DNA of 12,179 bases from Deinococcales bacterium (GTDB lineage Bacteria; Deinococcota; Deinococci; Deinococcales; JAAFIG01): the NCBI GenBank assembly GCA_043778225.1, contig JAYWGM010000104.1, forward strand, positions 1 to 12,179, given 5' to 3'. Position numbers and translations under genes: made by a program. The notes under the pieces were generated by a model, which worked only from the letters and a program-made list of their open reading frames with translations, ran no database searches and was not told the DNA's origin. Every line of letters starts with the position of its first letter. Within the stretch, counting starts at the first letter, position 1. Below, one piece after another: positions 1 to 8,500 of the stretch.

Positions 1-1
1 T

Positions 2-109
2 CGTTGCAGGCGTTTGACGAGAGACTTTGAGGGTTTACCGAGTACAACCGAATCTTGGGCTTATTTGGCGAATATTCAGTTGATTTTGAGACGTTTTGAC
101 ACTTTATAA
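2..109 (+). mobile_element. C-terminal fragment of an IS5-family transposase (partial, runs off the window start)
   Basis: Hand translation gives RCRRLTRDFEGLPSTTESWAYLANIQLILRRFDTL*. This resembles the typical IS5-family C-terminus (RxRRLxxDYE...SEAxxYLAxIxLxLRRL). Confidence 0.8.
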
Positions 110-120
110 ACACGCTCTAA
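101..120. repeat. Probable right terminal inverted repeat of the IS5-family element (ends ~117) plus a TAA target site (118-120)
   Basis: ACTTTATAAACACGCTC overlaps the transposase stop; its reverse complement begins GAGCGTGTTTATAAAGT. A GAG-starting end with a TNA target is typical of the IS1031 group. The partner repeat is outside the window. Confidence 0.5.
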
Positions 121-153
121 AAGTACGCTCGTGTGACGCTGTATGAATAACCT
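121..153 (+). promoter_or_regulatory. Type B box (AAGTACGCTCGTGTGACG) + 9 nt + TAACCT -10-like hexamer
   Basis: 121-141 is identical to 2208-2228. ACGCT repeats with an 11-bp period (125, 136), TAACCT is at 148-153, and a GAGG ribosome-binding site at 161-164 precedes the ATG at 170. Confidence 0.65.
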
Positions 154-169
154 AAACCCAGAGGTGATT

Positions 170-301
170 ATGACCAAGGAAATTTTGACCGAAACTCGAG
201 CCAAATACGAGCCGCCGATTCTCGAGAAATTTGTTTTTATGGAAATTACAGGCATTAGTTTACCAGTCGGCACAAACATTCTCGAGGAGGAAAGCAAATG
301 A
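170..301 (+). CDS. 43-aa peptide 1 with lasso-leader-like YxxPxL motif: MTKEILTETRAKYEPPILEKFVFMEITGISLPVGTNILEEESK
   Basis: Hand translation. It has a GAGG ribosome-binding site, its stop overlaps the next start (ATGA 298-301), and its paralog at 2257-2388 shows synonymous differences. Confidence 0.8.
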   Translation: MTKEILTETRAKYEPPILEKFVFMEITGISLPVGTNILEEESK

Positions 302-2097
302 AGCATCTTCTCGTTTTACTTGGCATGACAGCTTTACTTGCCTGTCAGCAAAATCAGTTTTTGCCTGTGCCAACTCGAGTGCTGGGGGTTACTGCCTTGC
401 CATTTGGAGATTCTATTCGTTCCCAAGCAGCTATTGCCGATGCTCAGATTGCTTTTGTGCCGCTTGGACTGGCGAGTGTACTCGATGATGCTGCCTTTAA
501 CTCGCGGTTTATTCGCCGTAGTTTTAGGATTACCAACAATTCAGGTGGTATTCTCACCAACCTGATTTTCCATGCCTACAATGCCCCAGCCAACAGCCAA
601 GGCACAGCCTTAAAGGGCATCACGAATTTTGCTGGGCAACCTGTGCTTAATGCCCAAGAAGCCATTCCTAAGCACGGCATGACGGGCAATGCTTCGTTGA
701 TTGTTGACTCGAGTGCTGCCGATTTACAATTGTTTAGCGAAGCTACGGTTAATGCTGCTCAGACCGAGGCGACCAGTATTTTAGGCGCAAACGATTACTT
801 ATTGGCTTATGGTTTTTTGGTGCAGCAACGCAATGGCGATACCGATTTGGACAGTAACCCACGCACCATAGCGGCTGGTGAGACTGGCACAATTACGATT
901 TCGTATCAGTTGCCCAAAGACTCGAGCAATGCCTATTCGTTCGTGGCGACTTTTAGCCTTCGTACCACCAGCGATGTGGATTTGGTGCAAACCCAAGAAG
1001 AGCAATTGGCTGGTACAACCGCCGGACAACTCGGACTGATTAACTTTAATAAAGTGACTGTACCCGGTGGTCAGGCTTGCGGTATCGTCGGGTCTGGGAT
1101 AACGTTGCGGTTCTTAAATCAATTGCGAATTGCGGGTAAAGTTGGAGGGACTGGCTCAGATACAGCCACCTATGCTTTTAATACGCCAAGTGTTGATGCC
1201 ATTGTGCCAATTAGTTTTTCAACCGAGGCAGTCTTCCGCGAGACCGTTTTGAACGCACCAGACGGAACAGGCATTTGTTTTACACAAAGTTTTGATCTAA
1301 GATTCGCGCCAGTAATAACCTTGGCGAAGAACATCACCATTTATGGCGGCAATAAAACGCTTATTTCTGGCGGTCTTGTGAATCGAATTTTTGAGATTGC
1401 CAGTGGTTTTAAGGTTGCCTTGTACGGCTTTACCATCGCCAACGGTACAAGCAGTACCTCAGCCACAAATTTTGGCGGTGGAGCAATCAGCAACGCTGGT
1501 CACTTAACGCTGGGTGGAATGAAATTCAGTAACAACCGCTTTGCAGGACTTGACTTTGCCACAAGCCCCTTCACACCAGCCAAAGGCGGCGCAATTTATA
1601 ACACTGGGGTACTTAACATTGAGTACAGCGAATTAAAATCGAATACTGCCCAAGCAGGCAGAGGTGCGTTTGGCACGAATGCAATTCTAGGTAGTGGAGT
1701 ATCAGGAACCAATGGAGAACTTGGCGGGGCTGCCTCTGGTGGAGCGATTTTTAATGCAGGTACACTGCAAATAAACTCGAGCCAAGTCTCGGGTAATTCG
1801 GCTATCGGAGGTCGCGGTGGAATTGGTGGTCTCGGGACAACTGTTATTGATCCTAGTGACGGACCACCATTCTTTGGATTTTTGTGCAATGAGCCTTCAG
1901 GCGTTGGTGGGCTTGGTGGTAACGCCATTGGCGGTGGAATCTTCTCGAGTGCCGCCTTTACCAACAATGCCAATGTAACAACCAACACGGTAACAGCCGG
2001 AATTGGTGGTTTTGCTGGTGGACCAAATCCTTGTGCATCACCTGACACCAGTAAGGCGGCTTCTGGGACTGCCAGCAATCCCAATGTTGCACCTTAA
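298..2097 (+). CDS. Lipoprotein 1 (599 aa): shared N-terminal domain plus Gly-rich GGAI/Pmp-like beta-helix repeat domain
   Basis: Signal peptide with lipobox LLAC (Cys16) and a GAGGAGG ribosome-binding site. C-terminal repeats are GGGAISNAG, GGAIYNTG, GGAIFNAG and GGGIFSS, with an FSNN motif. Confidence 0.85.
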   Translation: MKHLLVLLGMTALLACQQNQFLPVPTRVLGVTALPFGDSIRSQAAIADAQIAFVPLGLASVLDDAAFNSRFIRRSFRITNNSGGILTNLIFHAYNAPANSQGTALKGITNFAGQPVLNAQEAIPKHGMTGNASLIVDSSAADLQLFSEATVNAAQTEATSILGANDYLLAYGFLVQQRNGDTDLDSNPRTIAAGETGTITISYQLPKDSSNAYSFVATFSLRTTSDVDLVQTQEEQLAGTTAGQLGLINFNKVTVPGGQACGIVGSGITLRFLNQLRIAGKVGGTGSDTATYAFNTPSVDAIVPISFSTEAVFRETVLNAPDGTGICFTQSFDLRFAPVITLAKNITIYGGNKTLISGGLVNRIFEIASGFKVALYGFTIANGTSSTSATNFGGGAISNAGHLTLGGMKFSNNRFAGLDFATSPFTPAKGGAIYNTGVLNIEYSELKSNTAQAGRGAFGTNAILGSGVSGTNGELGGAASGGAIFNAGTLQINSSQVSGNSAIGGRGGIGGLGTTVIDPSDGPPFFGFLCNEPSGVGGLGGNAIGGGIFSSAAFTNNANVTTNTVTAGIGGFAGGPNPCASPDTSKAASGTASNPNVAP

Positions 2098-2142
2098 TTT
2101 TTATGAGGCTACCCGCTCGAGCTTACGGCACTTGGCGCAGCG

Positions 2143-2174
2143 CGTAACGGCTCGTAACGGCGGCTGCGTAAACT
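2143..2174 (+). promoter_or_regulatory. Type A box (CGTAACG-GCT-CGTAACG) + 9 nt + TAAACT -10-like hexamer
   Basis: These 32 bp are identical to 5520-5551. The heptamer repeats with a 10-bp period and TAAACT is at 2169-2174. Confidence 0.65.
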
Positions 2175-2176
2175 TT

Positions 2177-2205
2177 AGGCACTCGAGAATCAGTCTCGAG
2201 TGCCT
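2177..2205. terminator. Perfect 12-bp stem-loop (AGGCACTCGAGA-atcag-TCTCGAGTGCCT); possible terminator or 5' hairpin
   Basis: Arms at 2177-2188 and 2194-2205 with a 5-nt loop. There is no good U-tract, so terminator function is uncertain. Confidence 0.45.
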
Positions 2206-2207
2206 TG

Positions 2208-2240
2208 AAGTACGCTCGTGTGACGCTGCACTAATAACCT
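2208..2240 (+). promoter_or_regulatory. Type B box + 9 nt + TAACCT -10-like hexamer
   Basis: The box is identical to 121-141, TAACCT is at 2235-2240, and AAACCCAGAGGT follows as in the first copy. Confidence 0.65.
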
Positions 2241-2256
2241 AAACCCAGAGGTAAGT

Positions 2257-2388
2257 ATGACAAAAGAAAAATCTGAAACTCGAGCCAAATACGAGCCGCC
2301 AATTCTCGAGCAGCAAGCAGCTTATGTGGTTTTGACGGGCATCAGTTTACCAATTGGTACAAACATTCTCGAGGAGGAAAGCGAATGA
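2257..2388 (+). CDS. 43-aa peptide 2 with lasso-leader-like YxxPxL motif: MTKEKSETRAKYEPPILEQQAAYVVLTGISLPIGTNILEEESE
   Basis: Hand translation. It has a GAGG ribosome-binding site, an ATGA overlap at 2385-2388 with lipoprotein 2, and is a paralog of 170-301. Confidence 0.8.
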   Translation: MTKEKSETRAKYEPPILEQQAAYVVLTGISLPIGTNILEEESE

Positions 2389-5300
2389 AAAAGTTTTTAC
2401 CAATTCCATTACTATTGTTTGCCTTGCTTGCCTGTCAGCAAACACAAGTCCAACCCATGACGCAAAACCTTGGCACACTCGAGTTGCGGCTTGATAATTC
2501 TGGAAGCACTAAAGGACAAGTGGCTCGAGTGAAAGTTTCGGGGCTACAAACCCAAGGGACGCTGCGTGAAGCCGATGTGACCTTTACAGCTTTGACGACC
2601 GTTGCCACACAAAACGATGGGGCGTTTGATTATGTACAAGCGCAGTTTAGCGTCTTAAACTCGAGCAGTACACCATTTGCTAATTTAACCTTGTACGCCG
2701 TTGCAAAGTCTGGCAACATTGCTGGTACAGCCATTAAAAGCATTACTAATTTTGGCGGACTTACCGATGTCAACGAGCAAACCCGAATTGCCAAGTTGGT
2801 CACGGCTACGCATGGCTTAAACATCTCGAGTACGGGTGCGAGTTTAATTTCTGGGCGTGAGGATATGCAGCTTTTTACGCCAAACGATGTGAATGCTTTA
2901 CAAGCTGACCCTGCTTTGACTTCAAACGGTTTCTCGAGCAACGATAAAGTGCTTGGCTATGGTTTTGTGGCGCGGCGTTGTGTTCCAAATTGCAGCAGTC
3001 CAACTTCGTTTGTTCGGAGTATTCCGGCTGGACAAAGTGGGTTAATCACGATAGCCCTCAGAATTCCACGCAGCAGTGGAACGGCGTACAACTTCATCAT
3101 GACTTTTGCGGTGGTGGATGAACCCATCAATCGAGTCACGCGCAGTGTGTACCCACCTGAAACCCTCAGCGATGCCGAAAGTCGTTTGGTTGGTTTTGGG
3201 GCAAGTTCGAGCAATGAAATCATGCAGTTGGGTTTGGCTCGAGCCACTACGCCAAGCAACAGTTATGTCAATCAAGGTACAGATTTTGTGGCGGTCTCGA
3301 GCAACTCAGAAGATTACACCGCACTTGGTTTGGGACGTTTAAGCAGTGGATTTGATCATTCTTGTGCTTTGACAGCCGTGGGTGCAGCCTATTGTTGGGG
3401 TGGAAATGGATTTGGACAATTGGGCAATAACAGCAAGGACGCAAGCAGCATTCCAGTGCCAGTTGCTGGAAATTTATTGTTCTCGAGTATCAGTGCTGGT
3501 GGCAATACAACCTGTGGTCTGATGCTGGCTGGTGCAGCCTATTGTTGGGGTAGCAATACCGACGGTGGTCTTGGTAATAACAGTCAAACCCAAAGTTTAA
3601 TCCCAGTACCTGTGAGCGGCGGTTTGGTGTTCTCGAGTATTGGGGTCGCTGATACGAATACTGTTTGTGGTTTGACGACTTTTGGTATAGTCGCTTGCTG
3701 GGGTAGTAATGATCGCCAGCAGCTGGGTTTTAACTCAACTGTTCCCAGAAGCCTTACCCCTGTGCTTGTGGCTGGAGGAAGCCAGTTATTCTCGAGCCTG
3801 AGCGTTGGTGGGGCGCATTCGTGCGGCTTGACCGCTTTGGGGGCGGCTTACTGCTGGGGGTTTAATGGCAGTGGGCAATTGGGGGTTGGTACATCTGGTA
3901 CAAACCTTGGGCAACCCACGTTGGTTGGCAATAGTTTAACTTTCTCGAGTATTTACACTGGAACGTACCAGACTTGTGCTTTAACTTCGGATGGTACTGC
4001 CTATTGCTGGGGTCGAAATGATTTTGGTCAACTTGGAACTGCTAACAACACCCAAAGTACCTCGCCGGTGCTGGTCAGTGGCAATCTGCGCTTCTCGAGG
4101 CTAGATGGTGGCGAACAACACACCTGTGGTTTAACCCCGACCAGCACCTTGTACTGTTGGGGTCGTAACAACAATGGCGAATTGGGTACGGGGAACACAA
4201 CCACTACCAATACACCCACTTTGGTTGGTGGTGGGCTGGTATTTGCTGGGTTTTCGACTGGCTGGTTTCACACTTGTGCCATCACCCCAACGGGTCTAAA
4301 GTATTGCTGGGGCAGCAATACAGCCGGGCAAATTGGTAATAACGCAATTTTTGATACCAAAGCACCACGACCAGTCTCTGGTAATCTGACCTTCTCGGGT
4401 GTTTATGCCAACGATAACCATAGCTGTGCTTTAACTTTACTCGACAAAGCCTATTGTTGGGGTACGAATGGCAGTGCGGGGTTACTTGGTAATAACAGCA
4501 CCGTCAATAGCCCAGTGCCTGTCGAAGTCTCGACCACCATAGAATTCTCGAGTTTAACCAGCAATGGCTTTAATCAAACTTGTGGCTTGCAAAAAACCAC
4601 GGGTTTGGCGTATTGCTGGGGGAGTAACACCTATGGTCAATTGGGTACAGGCAATACCACCCGAAGCCTGATACCTATAGCGGTGGTTGCACCAGTTGGA
4701 AGCAGCACCCCTTTGGCTTTCTCGAGTTTGGCGGCTGGCGATGACCACATTTGTGGTATCACCCCGACTCAGGATTTGTACTGCTGGGGTCGGGATAATT
4801 CTGGGCAACTTGGAGACGGGGGAACAAATACCGACAGCAGTCGCCCTGTTAAAATTGGCACGGCTTTTACGGCTGTGACTGGTGGTATAGCCCACACTTG
4901 TGCCATCAGCCCAAGCCCAAATCCGGGCAGTCTGTACTGCTGGGGTCAGAACCGTAGCGGACAACTTGGCGATGGTACAACCGTTGCCAAAAACATACCG
5001 ACGCTGATTGGTTCTGGTTTCTCGAGTGTCAGTGCTGGGAATGGACACACCTGCGCCATACAAACAATCAGTTCGGTAGCAACGACTGTCTGTTGGGGTC
5101 TGAACAGCTTTGGTCAATTGGGTACAGGCAATAACACCATAAGCCTGACCGCCACACCTGTTTCTGGTAATTTTGCTTTTAGCACGGTTGTTGTTGGCGA
5201 AAACCACACCTGTGGTTTACTGACCAATGGTACAGCTTACTGCTGGGGTGATAACGGAAACGGACAAATAGGGAACAACAACACAGTCAATGTCAACACG

Positions 5301-5486
5301 CCAGCTTTGGTCAGTGGCAACTTGAGTTTCTCGGGTTTAAGTGCTTCATGGAAAAATACTTGCGGCATAACCACCACAAATACAGCCTATTGCTGGGGCG
5401 ATAATATCAACGGAAAAATCGGCTTTGTGCTTCAAACCTTGTTCAGTACCCCAACTCGAGATATGGCTTTGAGTTTCAAGCTCTAA
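2385..5486 (+). CDS. Lipoprotein 2 (1033 aa): shared N-terminal domain plus 14 RCC1-type repeats (probably two 7-bladed propellers)
   Basis: Lipobox LLAC (Cys17). From about residue 316 to the end there are 14 repeats of the form HxC...YCWGxNxxGQLG...PxxV, counted by CWG. Confidence 0.92.
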   Translation: MKKFLPIPLLLFALLACQQTQVQPMTQNLGTLELRLDNSGSTKGQVARVKVSGLQTQGTLREADVTFTALTTVATQNDGAFDYVQAQFSVLNSSSTPFANLTLYAVAKSGNIAGTAIKSITNFGGLTDVNEQTRIAKLVTATHGLNISSTGASLISGREDMQLFTPNDVNALQADPALTSNGFSSNDKVLGYGFVARRCVPNCSSPTSFVRSIPAGQSGLITIALRIPRSSGTAYNFIMTFAVVDEPINRVTRSVYPPETLSDAESRLVGFGASSSNEIMQLGLARATTPSNSYVNQGTDFVAVSSNSEDYTALGLGRLSSGFDHSCALTAVGAAYCWGGNGFGQLGNNSKDASSIPVPVAGNLLFSSISAGGNTTCGLMLAGAAYCWGSNTDGGLGNNSQTQSLIPVPVSGGLVFSSIGVADTNTVCGLTTFGIVACWGSNDRQQLGFNSTVPRSLTPVLVAGGSQLFSSLSVGGAHSCGLTALGAAYCWGFNGSGQLGVGTSGTNLGQPTLVGNSLTFSSIYTGTYQTCALTSDGTAYCWGRNDFGQLGTANNTQSTSPVLVSGNLRFSRLDGGEQHTCGLTPTSTLYCWGRNNNGELGTGNTTTTNTPTLVGGGLVFAGFSTGWFHTCAITPTGLKYCWGSNTAGQIGNNAIFDTKAPRPVSGNLTFSGVYANDNHSCALTLLDKAYCWGTNGSAGLLGNNSTVNSPVPVEVSTTIEFSSLTSNGFNQTCGLQKTTGLAYCWGSNTYGQLGTGNTTRSLIPIAVVAPVGSSTPLAFSSLAAGDDHICGITPTQDLYCWGRDNSGQLGDGGTNTDSSRPVKIGTAFTAVTGGIAHTCAISPSPNPGSLYCWGQNRSGQLGDGTTVAKNIPTLIGSGFSSVSAGNGHTCAIQTISSVATTVCWGLNSFGQLGTGNNTISLTATPVSGNFAFSTVVVGENHTCGLLTNGTAYCWGDNGNGQIGNNNTVNVNTPALVSGNLSFSGLSASWKNTCGITTTNTAYCWGDNINGKIGFVLQTLFSTPTRDMALSFKL

Positions 5487-5519
5487 AGTGGTGCGAATCC
5501 TGCTCGAGGCTAAAACCCT

Positions 5520-5551
5520 CGTAACGGCTCGTAACGGCGGCTGCGTAAACT
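5520..5551 (+). promoter_or_regulatory. Type A box + 9 nt + TAAACT -10-like hexamer
   Basis: 32-bp exact copy of 2143-2174, with TAAACT at 5546-5551, upstream of lipoprotein 3. Confidence 0.65.
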
Positions 5552-5586
5552 CGAGCGATGTTGCTACGATACTCGAGGAGTAATTT

Positions 5587-8500
5587 ATGCTCATGAAACC
5601 TTTTTTACTTGTTCAAAGTGCTGTTTTTGTTGTTCTGGTCGGTTGTACGTCCATACCTACACCAGTCGATTCCAATGATAAAGTCCTCGGGCGGCTCGAG
5701 GTGGTTTTCTCGAGCGAAAGTGCAGCACCTAAAGCAGTGTTCTCGAGTGCCAAACTCGGTACGGCGGCGCTAACCGTGCAGCCAGAAGCATCGTTTACGT
5801 TTGTACCACCAACCAGTGTGCTGACTCGAGATGCGTCTGGTATTCGTACCCTTTCGGCAACTTTTGGAATTACTCAGACCAGTGGTAGCACCCTACAAAA
5901 TATCATGCTGGTGGCGTACAACCAAGCTGATAACAATGTTGGTGGAACTGCCGTGAAAAACATTTTTACCTTTGGCGGTTCTGCCTCGAGTAGCAACGCA
6001 CAGAGCATTAAACCAGCCCACGGAACGAATGGCTCGTTAGCGGTTGACCCTTTTCGGGCTGACATGGGTATTTTGTTACCACTCGAGGCAAATAATTTAA
6101 CAGTAGCGGCGCGTAATGCTGGTGTGATTGGCGCATCCGACACCGCCCTCGAGTACGGTTTTATTGCCCGTAGAAGTGCCACTTCGCACCTAAGAAGCAT
6201 TGCCAGTGGCAGCACAGGGCAAGTCACCTTGGCGGTACAGCTTCCTACAGCGCAAGATAATGCGCCAACCACTGCGCCGTATCGTTTTGCCTTGACTTTT
6301 ATTGTCACCACCGACGACACCGATATTGTTACCCAGTCACTCGAGGAGCAAAATAACGATGCCTTGGTTTCGGCTCGAATCGCTGCGATTGGTAAGAGTA
6401 CCACGGTGCGACTTTTGCGCGGCAGTTCTTTTACAGGACGACCACAACAACGCTTGTGTGGGACGCGCTTGGCAACTGGTAACGCGGCGTTCCTGACCGC
6501 CCCGAGTTTGGGTTTTCTGGGTGCGAGACTTAATCCAGACAGTACGTTAACGGCTGATTTCGATGCGCCGTTGGACTCGAGCAGTTTAGGAAATGGTTTG
6601 GTGATCCAGGGTTTACGAAGCGGTAAGCGCCTTGCGGGTCTGAGCTTGGTTGGTAACAGTGTCCAGTTTACACCAACCAGCCCCACCCAAGAATTCAGTC
6701 ATGGCGAGGAGGTGCTGCTGAGTGTTACCAATCAACTTCGCAGTGTCGAAGGTGGTCAGTTATGCGGACAACCAGCCCAAAGTAAATTGTTTCGCATGGA
6801 CTCGAGCCGCAAAGATCAGGTGCTGAGTTACCGCCGCCCAATCAAAATAGCCATGAATGCAGGTACGCTTGGTGGGCAACGAATCAGTGCTTTAGCTGAC
6901 CTGAACAACGACGGTAAAGCCGATTTGGTCACAATAAGTATGCTCGAGAGTAAAGTTTTTACACGCCTTGGTACGGGTTTGGATAATACTTATTTTGGAG
7001 CGCTGACCACAACCAACTTAATTGAGCGACCCAAAGATTTGGATATTGCCGATATGAACAGCGATAGTCTGTTGGATTTGGTGATTCACAATCTTGGCAG
7101 CCCAAGTTCGTTCAGTATTTTGCTTGGAAATGGGCTTGGGGGTTTCTCGAGCCTGACGACCTTTCCTTTGACTGGAACAGGTAATGAGGACGTTTTAGCG
7201 CTAGGTGATGTGACAGGCGATGGTAAACCCGATCTGGTCACACTTGAAAATACATCAATTCGCTTAGAACTTGTGGTTGTTACGCGGGCAAATAGCACCA
7301 TAGCTGGGGCTTTTATACCCACTTTTGGGGCAATTGGTAGACAAATCATTACGATAAATTCAACTACCAATACGTCCCCACCTTCACCACACCGGCTGGT
7401 CATTGATGACCTCGATTTGAACGGGGTTGCAGATACGATCATTGCAATACAAAAAACTTTTGAGGGAAATAATGATTTTACGCTGTTATACAAGTCAATG
7501 AATGGTGGTGCATTCCAATCGCTTGATGCTTTACAAAGTCAAAGCTGTACAATTGCTACAGCAAATTTAGATAACGACCCGCAAAAAGAAATTGGCTTCG
7601 CTTGCAATGGGCAAAACTCCGCCATTCGCTTTCCAAACAATAGTCTTACTTTGCTGCAAAAATCAAATTTGCTCATACTTGAAAACAGTGTATTTGCTGA
7701 CCTAAACGGCGATGGTAAAAAAGAATGGATTACGGTTGGTATCAACAATACCAGTACCTTGGCACAAAGTTCACTCGAGGTGCGTTACTCAGCCGAAGGG
7801 GGGTTATTTGGATTCAGCACCATGATTCCAGGTTTTCTTACCCCACAAGGAGATAATGGCAACCAAAATTTATTTGGGGTTGCTGCGGCTGACCTGAACG
7901 GCGATGGAAAATTAGAAATCGTGGCTGGTGACGATGACGCGGGCGCTCAGGTCTGGCGGCACGAAAAAATTGGTTCGTTCAGAAAAATTTCGGTCAGTGC
8001 ATTAAACCCTCGAGACATCATGGCGGCTGATTTAACCAACGATGGAAAAACCGATATTGCCGTGGCAAACGTACAAACCTCTGGTATTTACTTGCACCGA
8101 GGTACAGACAATGGTTTTGCAACCCAAGAATCCATTGCTGTTCAATCCAGTCAAGTGACCCTGGCTTCGGGTGATGCCAACAATGATGGTCGGGTAGATG
8201 CTTTTGTGGCTGCCGGTTTTGGCTTGGGAATTCAACTCTCGAGCAGGACAGGTGGTTTTACTGCGGGTACAGGTACAGCCGAATCTTTTACTATTCAAGG
8301 CTTAGCTGTCACAGACTTTAACAATGACGGTAATTTAGATGCAATTGTCAGTGGTTTTGGAACTGCGCCGCTTCGTATCCTGCTCGGTGATGGAACAGGT
8401 GCATTTACCACTGGAACAACCCAAGCCAGCACCGATGTCAGTCAATTGATGGTCGCCGACATCAACGCCGATGGCAATATGGACGTACTGGCATTACAAA

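Noticed and set aside
2103..2147. 14-codon ORF MRLPARAYGTWRSA after lipoprotein 1
   Set aside because: It has no ribosome-binding site, no counterpart in the other intergenic regions, and is too short to support.
170..2388. Canonical lasso peptide biosynthetic cluster
   Set aside because: No lasso cyclase, peptidase or RRE gene is in the window. The putative cores have no acidic residue at positions 7-9, and Thr is directly before Gly rather than at -2.
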